From assembly GCA_039802605.1 (NCBI GenBank), contig JBDRWW010000005.1, forward strand, positions 47,462-111,461: 64,000 nt of DNA, read 5' to 3'. This stretch comes from a candidate division WOR-3 bacterium. Its GTDB lineage: Bacteria > Hydrothermota > Hydrothermia > LBFQ01. Below the pieces are notes generated by a model. The model did not search any database. It was not told the DNA's origin and saw only the letters and a list, made by a program, of their open reading frames with translations. How positions within the stretch are numbered: position 1 is the first letter of the stretch; each line of letters starts with the position of its first letter. Of the stretch, positions 1 to 9,057 are shown piece after piece. Both the position numbers and the translations under genes were made by a program.

Positions 1-1
1 T

Positions 2-163
2 GATAACGCCTTACCAGAAGAAGCGGTAAATTATGCCATAAAGGAGTTTGGCGCAACGCACGTACATATAACGGAAATTACCCGCGGTATAGACGATGGG
101 GATAGGATTTTCTACCATACAATAGCCACCTGGGAGGAGGCGACAAAAGAGAAGTTCTTATAA
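2..163 (+). CDS. 3' end of a CDS entering from the left edge (unknown product)
   Basis: Open frame from base 2 (DNALPEEAVNYAIKEFGATHVHITEITRG...KEKFL) ending at TAA 161-163. Confidence 0.6.
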   Translation, partial: DNALPEEAVNYAIKEFGATHVHITEITRGIDDGDRIFYHTIATWEEATKEKFL

Positions 164-807
164 TTATACCCTGTTATAACTGCGTACCGGAACTTATAGA
201 GGTTTTGGATGAATGGAAAATTTTGGGTTATGATATTTTGGTTGTGGATGACGGGTCAGAAAGTGATGTAAGGGAGGTATGTGAGAGATTTGGGGTTTAT
301 TATATCAAACTTGAAAAAAACTACGGTAAGGGATATGCCTTAAAGGAAGGTTTTAAATGGGGAATGCTTAGGGGGTATAACCTCTTTGCCACGGTTGATG
401 GGGATAGGCAGCATAAGGCAGAAAATTTCCAAAAATTTTTAGAAGCAATAAAATCGTTTGATATTGTAATCGGAAGTAGAAGGGGTGAAATATCCCGTAT
501 GGATTTACCGAGGAAGTTATCAAACCGCATAACGAGTTCCTTTATCTCCATTATGACGGGTAAAAGGATTGAGGATTCCCAATGCGGTTATAGGCTTATA
601 AAAAGGGAGGTTTTGGAGAAGGTTGAACTAAAAAGGAATAGATACGACCTAGAATCGGAGCTCTTGGTAAAGGGCATTTGGATGGGTTTCAAGGTGGGTT
701 TTGTCCCCATAAGCGTTGTAAAATCCAAAAAATCCTACATAAAACCCCTTAGGGATATATTTTTGGCCATATCCTTAGCTTTGGAGCTGATTTTTTTGAA
801 ATCTTAG
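130..807 (+). CDS. Glycosyltransferase family 2 (DPM/DPG-synthase-like); true start uncertain
   Basis: VVDDGS, NYGKG, DGDRQH, DSQCGY motifs. The conserved IIIPCYN strand (160-180) lies upstream of the ORF-track TTG at 205. Confidence 0.85.
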   Translation: MGGGDKREVLIIIPCYNCVPELIEVLDEWKILGYDILVVDDGSESDVREVCERFGVYYIKLEKNYGKGYALKEGFKWGMLRGYNLFATVDGDRQHKAENFQKFLEAIKSFDIVIGSRRGEISRMDLPRKLSNRITSSFISIMTGKRIEDSQCGYRLIKREVLEKVELKRNRYDLESELLVKGIWMGFKVGFVPISVVKSKKSYIKPLRDIFLAISLALELIFLKS

Positions 808-1478
808 CGGGGCCTTAAATATCTCTTTATGTCCATTTTTTGGGACAACACCGCTATTGTCGTCGGCATGAGCCAAATTATTGATATGTCCGTGGAGGTA
901 TATCCGTAAAATAGCCATAAGAAAAACCATATTTCGGATACCGCATATATTCCAAAGGCTATAAACCTTATGGTCCATGCCCTATCGTAAAATGCGGGTG
1001 GGAATATGAGTATGGTGTTTAAAATTCCGAGGAACATATACAATATGTTAAAAAATGTGCCAATCCTTGAAACAAAAGCGGGTTCAATTTGGACGGCCAG
1101 ATAATACGATACAAAGGGTGATAAAAGCAATAGTATAAATATCAACATCAAATACACCCTTGACCCCTCATTCCACATATACCAAGCCGAGCCGGTAAAG
1201 AACATAAGGTAAGCACCCATATACAATGCATCGGCGATGTAGTAAAACTCTTGGGGTAATTTAAAGGAATTTATAAGGGAGTATAGGGCAAGGAATAAAA
1301 AACCACCAGCCCAGACCCTTTCAAAAACCCTACCCTCAACAAAAGTTATAAAGGAAGATATTAGATAAACAAGCGTTCCCATTTGATATACATAGTTTTC
1401 GCTTATCTCCCTCATATAAGGTGAAACGGCCATGGCGGTTATCACAAAAATCACAAATACACCCTTAAAAACCCTCAT
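804..1478 (-). CDS. Hypothetical polytopic membrane protein
   Basis: 224 aa, about 7 hydrophobic segments, ATGA overlap with upstream gene. Confidence 0.75.
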   Translation of the reverse strand: MRVFKGVFVIFVITAMAVSPYMREISENYVYQMGTLVYLISSFITFVEGRVFERVWAGGFLFLALYSLINSFKLPQEFYYIADALYMGAYLMFFTGSAWYMWNEGSRVYLMLIFILLLLSPFVSYYLAVQIEPAFVSRIGTFFNILYMFLGILNTILIFPPAFYDRAWTIRFIAFGIYAVSEIWFFLWLFYGYTSTDISIIWLMPTTIAVLSQKMDIKRYLRPR

Positions 1479-4400
1479 CTTATTACCACAAACCTTGTAA
1501 AGTTTTTCACCTTTTCTTCCCGCGTTTTAGCCTCTACAAGGGCAACATATATCCCGTTTGAGAGGGAGTTTATCGGAACATTTAAGGAGTTAAAGCCCGG
1601 TGGGAGGTTCATAAAATACCGTTCAATGGCCACTTTACCCGTAGGCGTGTATATCCTTAACCTTACATCGGCGGATTTTGTCAGTTTAAAGGTTATGTAA
1701 AAATTACCACCCCTATAAGGGTTTGGGTATGTCAAAAGGTCAAAAACCCTTAAAGAATCCGAAACGAAGTTTAAATCCCAAATGTTATACCCCCTTATAC
1801 CTTTTGCGGATGTTATTGATACGCCTATCCTATGGGTTCCCGGGGATGTGGAAAAATCAAAATCGTAGCTCGCTTCCGCCAAGGTATCGTTTAAAATTTT
1901 CACTTCCAAAACATCGGTAAAGGAATTGTCTATTATAATTCTTGGGGGTGAAGCGTTGTCCCCACTTGTCCTTATATCAAACCCCTCGTGGCTAATAAAT
2001 TGAAACCTAAGGGTTGTTTTTGCGGGTAAATTCATCCCGTTTCTTAAACCCTCATCCTTATAAAAGCCCAAAACCTTAGGCCTTTCCGTTCCGATTGTGG
2101 AATCGGCATAAGATATAGGGTATAACCCCGCATAACCCCTATCCCCCTTCCACCACAAAAGGCTTGCCTTTTGCCAAGCGGATGTATCGGAGGATATATG
2201 CCCGCGAAATGGTATCCAAAACCCAATCGTATCCCCTTTTACATCCCCGTAAAACATAACTGTCCTTTCCGAGTAGTAAGGGTACTTTACGCTTAAACAG
2301 GTAAATGAAACCGTATCAATATCCGGTATATCAAGGACCAAGAATTTACCATCTTCCGGTATTATTGCCGAATTTTTCGCCCCCCTACGCAGAGTATCGG
2401 ATATTAAAGGCCCAACACTGTCGGGGAATTTAAGCATTATCCCGGGATCCCCTAGGAGAACATAATACCTATCGTTTTTACCAACAAGGGAAAGGTATCC
2501 CAACGGCGTTTTACCATAAGTGTTCAGATAAGAGTATATAGCCCGTGCGTACAAAGCGTTGTTTCCCGCATATGCCAAGGCCGTGGTTGATAAAACCGCT
2601 ATTCCCCTGTTTTTATGCAACATCATCTCCTCACCCAATACATGCTCGGGGTCCAACCTATCATAAGCCCCCACCTTACAAGACAAAACCGTAATAAACG
2701 GTTCTCTACCCCTTGTGTTTAGTTTTGGAACATCGTCTAAGGTAAATAATCTCTCGTGGGCCATTTGGCTGGGATTTCCGTGTATAAAGAAGCTAACCAT
2801 CAGGACACCGGAGTTTAAAATCCTTATTAAATCCCTAGTGGCCTTAGGTTTTGTGTATCCTTCAAGGGGATAATTTTGTAAAAGAAAGGGGATCGTGTTT
2901 ATCCTTGGGGATAGTTGTGGTCTAACGGTATATAAAACATCGTATGTATGGAATATTTCGCAAGATGAAGGGCTATCGCTCTTCTCGTCATCGGCAACCA
3001 GCATAATCCTATAACGCCAAAAACCATCGTTTATAAGGCTTTCGTATTCAATAACCTTGTTTATATATTCCGCAAGTTCCGTGTTATCCCTTACGGGTAT
3101 TCTCCCAATACCTATATCGGAATAGTAATCGCCATCGAAATCACCGTAAAAATCGTCATAAGCACCAAAGTTATCGAGATTAACGGATAAACTGGAATCA
3201 ATGGGATAATATGGGGGAACTTGCTTTGGGAAGTAATTCTGGGTAAATCCCTTATAATCGTATGTTCCATCCCCAACGAGAACGGCATATAAAGGTTTGT
3301 TTCCACCACTCCTTAAAAAAATGTTATACAAAAAGTTCCTTATAGCCACGGGATCGGGATTTCCCAAAGAGAACTGGGTATATATGTCTTCAAGGTTTAT
3401 CCACAAAACGGTACCTACGGAATACTCCCAATTTCTACCGTTAAAAACCGGTATCCTGTTCCTTCTAAAATTTAGGAGTTTCCAAAATGTCCCGGAAAAC
3501 CCTTTATTCCCTATTGCCACATAATCGGGGGAGATGTTGTACAAATCTTGCGACAAATCTATCAACTCAATGGATATAGGTCTCCTCGCAAAGTTTGATA
3601 GGTATATCTTAGTCCAACCGTTTGCCGAGTCGTTTATGAAAAGGTTCCCCGAGGAATAAGTATAACTTTCAATTATTTTGGGATTATACGGGTCTGATAC
3701 ATCCCATACAAACACGGGCCTATTACCCTTTAAATTTACCGTAAATTTCCCCGAAGCGTTTATAAAGAAAATGCCCTCATTTCCATAAGAGCCGGTTGAT
3801 ATGTATGAAACCTGATAGTAGTCCAGGTATAGGGTTTGGGAGCCACCAGAGGGTTTTATAACATAATCAACATTGTTGTTTTCGGACAAATTGGGGATGC
3901 AGGTTATGGTACGGTAGTTCCTTGGTAAAACCCCAATGGAATCGCAAATTTGACCGTTTATTCTTACAACAACGGATGTTATACTATCCGAGAATTCACT
4001 ATTTGCTATCCTTGTTCTAAATTCAACTCCGGATAAAACATCGTTCAATGCAAAGCCGTATGTATAAACCCTCTCGGGGTCGGATGGGTTTCTCGTCATC
4101 TCCCTTCCAACCCAGACCCTCCCCTTTTTTCCGGGGTTGTTTATGTTCTCCTCAAACCTGTAAAACTTAACGGGTTGGGCATAAGGACCCGGAGATGCGG
4201 TTATTATCCCCATTCTTCCACCTACTTCCCCACCAATACCCAAAAAATAATAGGTGGTATCGGTATAAGGATTTTCAAAATAGACAACATTCCCGTTTAT
4301 TATCCTGAAACCCTTTTGAGATTCACCCCAGAAAAGGACCCTTCTCCCGGCTTCATCAATCCAAATGGGAACTTCATATTTTTGGGGAAATGCGGAATCC

Positions 4401-4888
4401 AAGGGCGATTTAAGGGTATCAAGGAGGGCTATCATTTTAAGGGTTTGCAACGGATAAGAATTTATGTTTATGCCAAGTTTTTCTATCTCCGAAAATGGGA
4501 TTTCGTATATTCCGCTTTTTGTTATTTTAACCTTTATCCAAACTTCGGATTTTGAAAAGGGGTTTTGGGGAGCGCTTTGGGGTCTAAATACCAGGTATTC
4601 CACCCATTCCTCTTTGGGATTTAAAACCGAGTTTAAAATTATATGAGTCCTAAAATCCTTAATCTTTGAGGGTTTAACCTTTGGCTCGGGGAATACCACT
4701 TCAACCTTCCCATCCTTATAGGCCTTTATTTCAACATACCTAACCCCAAAGGAATAACCTTCTCTATGTTCGCACTTATTACAAATAACGGTGTAGGAAA
4801 CCTTTGGCGGAATTTGAACTTTAAAGGTTTCATATGGCTTACCTTTAAGGGAAACTTCAAATGAGAAGTTTGAAATAATCCATACCAT
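1475..4888 (-). CDS. porU: C25 (gingipain) family cysteine peptidase, PorU/T9SS sortase-like, with C-terminal sorting-type domain
   Basis: ENPYTDTTYYFL, DPVAIRNFL, LVGDGTYDYK, IGRIPV, catalytic His (FIHG) and Cys (LSC); C-terminal TYPNP...IYTPTGK...LSNGIY. Confidence 0.8.
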   Translation of the reverse strand: MVWIISNFSFEVSLKGKPYETFKVQIPPKVSYTVICNKCEHREGYSFGVRYVEIKAYKDGKVEVVFPEPKVKPSKIKDFRTHIILNSVLNPKEEWVEYLVFRPQSAPQNPFSKSEVWIKVKITKSGIYEIPFSEIEKLGININSYPLQTLKMIALLDTLKSPLDSAFPQKYEVPIWIDEAGRRVLFWGESQKGFRIINGNVVYFENPYTDTTYYFLGIGGEVGGRMGIITASPGPYAQPVKFYRFEENINNPGKKGRVWVGREMTRNPSDPERVYTYGFALNDVLSGVEFRTRIANSEFSDSITSVVVRINGQICDSIGVLPRNYRTITCIPNLSENNNVDYVIKPSGGSQTLYLDYYQVSYISTGSYGNEGIFFINASGKFTVNLKGNRPVFVWDVSDPYNPKIIESYTYSSGNLFINDSANGWTKIYLSNFARRPISIELIDLSQDLYNISPDYVAIGNKGFSGTFWKLLNFRRNRIPVFNGRNWEYSVGTVLWINLEDIYTQFSLGNPDPVAIRNFLYNIFLRSGGNKPLYAVLVGDGTYDYKGFTQNYFPKQVPPYYPIDSSLSVNLDNFGAYDDFYGDFDGDYYSDIGIGRIPVRDNTELAEYINKVIEYESLINDGFWRYRIMLVADDEKSDSPSSCEIFHTYDVLYTVRPQLSPRINTIPFLLQNYPLEGYTKPKATRDLIRILNSGVLMVSFFIHGNPSQMAHERLFTLDDVPKLNTRGREPFITVLSCKVGAYDRLDPEHVLGEEMMLHKNRGIAVLSTTALAYAGNNALYARAIYSYLNTYGKTPLGYLSLVGKNDRYYVLLGDPGIMLKFPDSVGPLISDTLRRGAKNSAIIPEDGKFLVLDIPDIDTVSFTCLSVKYPYYSERTVMFYGDVKGDTIGFWIPFRGHISSDTSAWQKASLLWWKGDRGYAGLYPISYADSTIGTERPKVLGFYKDEGLRNGMNLPAKTTLRFQFISHEGFDIRTSGDNASPPRIIIDNSFTDVLEVKILNDTLAEASYDFDFSTSPGTHRIGVSITSAKGIRGYNIWDLNFVSDSLRVFDLLTYPNPYRGGNFYITFKLTKSADVRLRIYTPTGKVAIERYFMNLPPGFNSLNVPINSLSNGIYVALVEAKTREEKVKNFTRFVVIR

Positions 4889-5614
4889 TTATCCCCAAAT
4901 TCCGGTAATCGTGGGAAGCCAGTTGTTTAACAAAAAGTATATCCTCCCCAATAGTAGGGATATCCTTCCCATAACCGTATAACCGAACGAGGCCCCAAAT
5001 GCTATCATTATAAAAACTATACCCAACCTTACGATCGGCTTCATAATACCCTTATGCTCCGTTGAGAAAAAGAAGTAAAGGATTGATGTTATAACACCTA
5101 CGAAGAATACCCAGTTTGAAAAAACCGTCCAAAAGCTTTCCCCCCAAAGGGGTAAAAATGTCGCCCTTATTTGGGGAATTATAAAACCTTGAAATGTAGC
5201 CGTTAAACCTATACCCGTATATATACCAATAGTGTAAGCCAATGGGTATAAAGCAAGCCATCTAAGGTTTGGGGCTATGTATCCGAAAATTTCAAGTTTT
5301 GTAAGTATTAAAAGTCCGAGTATTACCCCCACTATCACCGCAAATTGCCCCCAAGACAAAAAGGCGACTTTCTGACCAAAGAGGTATATTTCTCCGAACT
5401 TATAAATCATATACTTTGTATCCAACAAACCGTTCTGTATTTGTGGCCATATAGCCTGCTGCAAGGTATTAATTATTCCATATCCGGCCGAAACTCCGAC
5501 AAATATGTGTTCCGCAAGCCTATAAAAGGGGTTTTCCTTGAAAATCAAAGAGAGTATTGCAAATGTCAGTAAAGCCGCTACCCATATACCCACTATATCC
5601 CAGAAACCGTTCAT
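4889..5614 (-). CDS. Hypothetical polytopic membrane protein
   Basis: 241 aa, about 6 TM segments, ENPFYRLAEHIFVGVSAGY and FGASFGYTVMGR motifs; coupled to neighbours. Confidence 0.8.
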   Translation of the reverse strand: MNGFWDIVGIWVAALLTFAILSLIFKENPFYRLAEHIFVGVSAGYGIINTLQQAIWPQIQNGLLDTKYMIYKFGEIYLFGQKVAFLSWGQFAVIVGVILGLLILTKLEIFGYIAPNLRWLALYPLAYTIGIYTGIGLTATFQGFIIPQIRATFLPLWGESFWTVFSNWVFFVGVITSILYFFFSTEHKGIMKPIVRLGIVFIMIAFGASFGYTVMGRISLLLGRIYFLLNNWLPTITGIWG

Positions 5615-5850
5615 CTTTTACCTTTTTTGAGGTTTTCCACCTCTTTGTAAAGGATTTCGTAGTTCTTTTCCAAAGCCTTTACCTTACCCACGGCGGATGA
5701 AACTTCCCCGTTTGCCTCGCTTAACTCGTTTCTCAACCTATTAACCTCTATTTCCAACTTTGTTATCCTCTCCTCAAACTTTTTAACATCCCTTCCCGAA
5801 GAACAACCCGCAATAACAAAAAGAGACAATAAAAAAATCAACCTTTTCAT
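5611..5850 (-). CDS. Small coiled-coil lipoprotein
   Basis: Lipobox IAGC, heptad-repeat mature region, basic C-terminus. Confidence 0.75.
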   Translation of the reverse strand: MKRLIFLLSLFVIAGCSSGRDVKKFEERITKLEIEVNRLRNELSEANGEVSSAVGKVKALEKNYEILYKEVENLKKGKR

Positions 5851-6222
5851 TCAAAACCAATCCAAACCCTTATACCTATAGGCGTACATCCATCCACCCA
5901 TTAATATGCTTACAAAAACTACAACAGCCCAAAAGGACAGGATTGGAGCAACCGAGGTGTATGATACTATCCATGGGAGGAAAAATGCTATTTCCACATC
6001 GAAGAGTAAGAACATGAGGGCTATCGGGAAGTACCTTATGAAATACCTTTTACGGGCTTCGTCCATCGGTTTTTCACCGGATTCATACGGTTCATACTTT
6101 TGGGGTTCGGGTATGGCCCTCGGACGGAGGATTTTGTATATAACAAGCATTCCAGCTATGGCCAAAAATCCGAGTAAGAAGAAGATCCCCAAGGAGGTTA
6201 AATTTATCCAGAAGTTTTCCAA
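5851..6222 (-). CDS. nuoA: NADH-quinone oxidoreductase subunit A (solitary copy 1)
   Basis: 3 TM; PYESG, FLLFDVE, FLPW, GLDW motifs. Confidence 0.9.
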   Translation of the reverse strand: MENFWINLTSLGIFFLLGFLAIAGMLVIYKILRPRAIPEPQKYEPYESGEKPMDEARKRYFIRYFPIALMFLLFDVEIAFFLPWIVSYTSVAPILSFWAVVVFVSILMGGWMYAYRYKGLDWF

Positions 6223-6224
6223 TG

Positions 6225-6297
6225 CTCCCCGGGCAGGATTCGAACCTGCGACCCCCCGGTTAACAGCCGGGTGCTCTACCTGCTGAGCTACCGGGGA
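6225..6297 (-). tRNA. tRNA-Asn(GTT), no encoded CCA
   Basis: Cloverleaf with acceptor TCCCCGG/CCGGGGA, anticodon loop CTGTTAA, TTCGAAT T-loop, discriminator G. Confidence 0.97.
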
Positions 6298-6354
6298 GCG
6301 TAGTAGGGTATTATAAGGGTGAAAGGGTTTTGGGTTAGGGTAGTTTTTCCGTAA

Positions 6355-6360
6355 TATAAT
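6355..6360 (+). promoter_or_regulatory. -10 box of probable leaderless promoter
   Basis: TATAAT 9 nt before ATG 6370, no SD. Confidence 0.65.
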
Positions 6361-6369
6361 TCCCGGATT

Positions 6370-6957
6370 ATGAAAAGGTATTTAAAGGCTGGGGAAAAGC
6401 TCTTGCTCAACCATCCGTTTTATAAGGATTGGGAAAGCGGAAGGTTATCCGAAAGGGATCTGGCAATATACTCCGCAGAATACGAGCATTTTATAAAAGG
6501 GATCTTACCCCTTGCTTGGAAAGAATTGAGATATAACAATATCTACGAGGAGGAATTGGAACATGCGGAACTTTGGAAGGTATTCGGCAATTCGGTAAAT
6601 TATACTCCTACCAAAACCCCACAAACCGACGGTATGAAAAGGTTAATTCAAAAGTTCAACTCCATAAAACATAACAAACCCTCCCTAATAGGATTCCTTT
6701 ACGCCTTCGAACATCAACAGCCGGAGGTATCAAAGAGCAAACTTCAAGGCTTGGAAAAATGGTTTAACATCCCGGATAAAGGCAAGGAGTACTTTTTATT
6801 ACACGCCAGAAATACGGAGGAAAAGGGGATTTTGGAGAACCTTATAAACTCTATGAACAACGATGAATTCTCCAAATGCGAGGAAACATTTGAGGAAACC
6901 ATAAACATCTTGTGGGATGTTTTAACCGATATACAAAACCTTTGCCTTAAAGGTTGA
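6370..6957 (+). CDS. Heme-oxygenase-like diiron (CADD/PqqC/TenA-like) redox protein
   Basis: HPFY..W..G.L, EE..H..LW..F, LYAFE.Q.PEVS..K..GL..YF..H pattern typical of the CADD family. Confidence 0.8.
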   Translation: MKRYLKAGEKLLLNHPFYKDWESGRLSERDLAIYSAEYEHFIKGILPLAWKELRYNNIYEEELEHAELWKVFGNSVNYTPTKTPQTDGMKRLIQKFNSIKHNKPSLIGFLYAFEHQQPEVSKSKLQGLEKWFNIPDKGKEYFLLHARNTEEKGILENLINSMNNDEFSKCEETFEETINILWDVLTDIQNLCLKG

Positions 6958-7373
6958 GGGAACAACTCCTGAAATTTTTAGATGAAAGGTTTGGAATAGG
7001 GGAGGATGTTTTTAAGGGTTTTAAGTTTGTACAAAGGGGGGATGATGTTTGGATAATGTCGCAGGATATACCGGATAACCTAAAAGACATAAATAGGGCG
7101 GGTTTGAGGTTTGCGAGGGGGGTTTCAAGGAATATAAAGATAACAACGGCCGTCATCCAGCTCTTCGGTAAATACGCCACAAAAAATGTGGTTAATATAT
7201 CGGAGGAACACCTATGGGATTTTCTCGCGGGAAGGGATATAATTGTTGGAAAATTGGAAGGCGTTGAAAGGGGTCAGGTTATAGTGAAATTCGGGGAAGA
7301 TGTTTTGGGTTTGGGTTTGTACGACGGTGAGAAAATTAAAAATCAAATACCCAAGGCCAGAAGAATAGTTTAG
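6954..7373 (+). CDS. PUA-like RNA-binding protein (RsmF C-terminal/NIP7-like)
   Basis: AGLRF, KITT..IQLFG..ATKNVV, FLAGRDI, GQVIV..LGLG..IKNQIPKARR. Confidence 0.7.
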   Translation: MREQLLKFLDERFGIGEDVFKGFKFVQRGDDVWIMSQDIPDNLKDINRAGLRFARGVSRNIKITTAVIQLFGKYATKNVVNISEEHLWDFLAGRDIIVGKLEGVERGQVIVKFGEDVLGLGLYDGEKIKNQIPKARRIV

Positions 7374-7660
7374 AGTATGTCAAAGGATATGGGTTCTATA
7401 CTCTTCTTTATCCCGAGGATTTCAAAGTTTTCATCAACCTTATCTATGATCCTCTCCAATATGGAATCCAAAACGCTCGCGGTATTCCCCACAACGACAT
7501 AAACAACGGTTGCCAGTTGCCATTTATCGTGATTGTCAATTTCGGAGAACGCCGCATTAAAATCCCGGGAAATACTTCGCAATGTATAAAGGTATTTCCT
7601 CTTTTCCTTTAACGACCTAACAAAGGGGAGGTGTATTTCCAAAACCAATATTCCCAACAT
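7370..7660 (-). CDS. DUF503 (YlxP) family protein
   Basis: LP.VRSLKEKR, FN.A.SE.D.HDKWQ motif. Confidence 0.85.
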   Translation of the reverse strand: MLGILVLEIHLPFVRSLKEKRKYLYTLRSISRDFNAAFSEIDNHDKWQLATVVYVVVGNTASVLDSILERIIDKVDENFEILGIKKSIEPISFDIL

Positions 7661-7661
7661 C

Positions 7662-8606
7662 TTACGATTTTATAGCCGAAGCCCTTATGTATATACAGTC
7701 CCCATCTTTAACCACATAATCCCTACCCTCCAACCTTATGAAGTTTTTCTCCCTTGCCCCCTTCCAACCCCCATACTTTATAAGTTCTTCCCAGTTTATA
7801 ACCTCCGCCTTTATAAATGTGCGGGCTAAATCCTTGTGTATCTTACCGGCGGCATCAACCGCGGTTGAGCCCTTTTCCAACAACCAGCCCCTAACCTCCT
7901 TTTCCGAAGGTGTAAAGAAAACTATAAGTTGTAGGATTTCAAGGAGTTTTTGGAAAAGTTTTTCCGTAATATCATCAACATCGTCTTTTAAAACATTGAA
8001 AAGGAGATACGGGAGGTTTTGGCTTTTGAGTTCTTCATATACCGAATCCTCTATTTTGGAGTTTTCGGTAATGTTTAGAACTACCAAGCGGGGTTTTAAC
8101 GAAAGGAATCCATAGCCTTTTAAGATCTTTCTTTCTTCATCGGAAAAATCACCGGAGTTTAACGGTATCCCTTCGGATATGATTTTATAAGCCTTTTCCA
8201 AAACCCCTAAAACCTTTTCATCCCCCTTACCTACGGCAACCTCTTTTTTTAATCTCTGTATATTCCCCTCTAAAACTTCGGATTCTATGCTCAGAAATTT
8301 CAGCGTTGTATCCGTAAATGTGGTAAAGTTTTCGGTCAATCCTCCTACAACCTCAATAAAGGCGTCGGCATTAACGAGTTGTTGAAATAACGACCTCTCC
8401 TTTCCGTATGAAAACATCTTGCCAAGGGCATCGGAATCGTAAAGGTTTATGAAGGGTGGGGTAATCTTTTTTGGTTTGAAGAAATCAACAAGTGTTTTGA
8501 GCCTTTTATCGTTAAGCTTTAAAGAACCAACACCTTTGCCACCCGTTAGCCTATACAAAAGCGTACTTTTCCCCGTAAAGGGGGAACCGATTATATAAAC
8601 ATCCAT
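7662..8606 (-). CDS. YchF-like P-loop protein with DUF933/TGS C-terminal domain
   Basis: GSPFTGKST; LSLKP; FFT...EVRGW...AAGKIHKDL...FIKAEV...LEGRDYVVKDGD. Confidence 0.85.
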   Translation of the reverse strand: MDVYIIGSPFTGKSTLLYRLTGGKGVGSLKLNDKRLKTLVDFFKPKKITPPFINLYDSDALGKMFSYGKERSLFQQLVNADAFIEVVGGLTENFTTFTDTTLKFLSIESEVLEGNIQRLKKEVAVGKGDEKVLGVLEKAYKIISEGIPLNSGDFSDEERKILKGYGFLSLKPRLVVLNITENSKIEDSVYEELKSQNLPYLLFNVLKDDVDDITEKLFQKLLEILQLIVFFTPSEKEVRGWLLEKGSTAVDAAGKIHKDLARTFIKAEVINWEELIKYGGWKGAREKNFIRLEGRDYVVKDGDCIYIRASAIKS

Positions 8607-9037
8607 TAAAGGAGTTCGGCGTTAAGGACTATTTCCGGAACACCTCCCAAGGCAACGGATACAGGGCAACCCTTTTTTGCCTGCTCGGCAAATTTTAAAA
8701 ATGTTTCCCAATCTATACCCTCAACCCTTGCCTTTGTATTTAAAACGATTTTTGTAATCCTAGGACCCTCTTCCTTCATCTCCAAATAAACCTCGGCTTC
8801 CGTTGAAACCTCATTAACCTTATAACCGTTCTTTTCCAAGGTCGCGGATAGGGCCATACTAAAACAACCCGCATGAGCCGCCGCTATTAACTCCTCGGGG
8901 TTCGTACCCTCACCGCTTTCAAACCTTGAAGCAAAGGTAAAGGGACCCTCAAACCAACCCCTACCCACAACCATTTTACCCTTTCCATCCCTTAAACCGC
9001 CAGACCATACGGCCGATGATTTTCTGATTATCGCCAT
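8606..9037 (-). CDS. osmC: OsmC family peroxiredoxin
   Basis: GTNPEELIAAAHAGCFSMAL and AKKGCPVS. Confidence 0.93.
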   Translation of the reverse strand: MAIIRKSSAVWSGGLRDGKGKMVVGRGWFEGPFTFASRFESGEGTNPEELIAAAHAGCFSMALSATLEKNGYKVNEVSTEAEVYLEMKEEGPRITKIVLNTKARVEGIDWETFLKFAEQAKKGCPVSVALGGVPEIVLNAELL

Positions 9038-9057
9038 AGGTGGGTATTGTAAGGGCG

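Noticed and set aside
5906..6286. 126-aa plus-strand ORF
   Set aside because: Antisense to nuoA and tRNA-Asn; its C-terminus is translated tRNA sequence.
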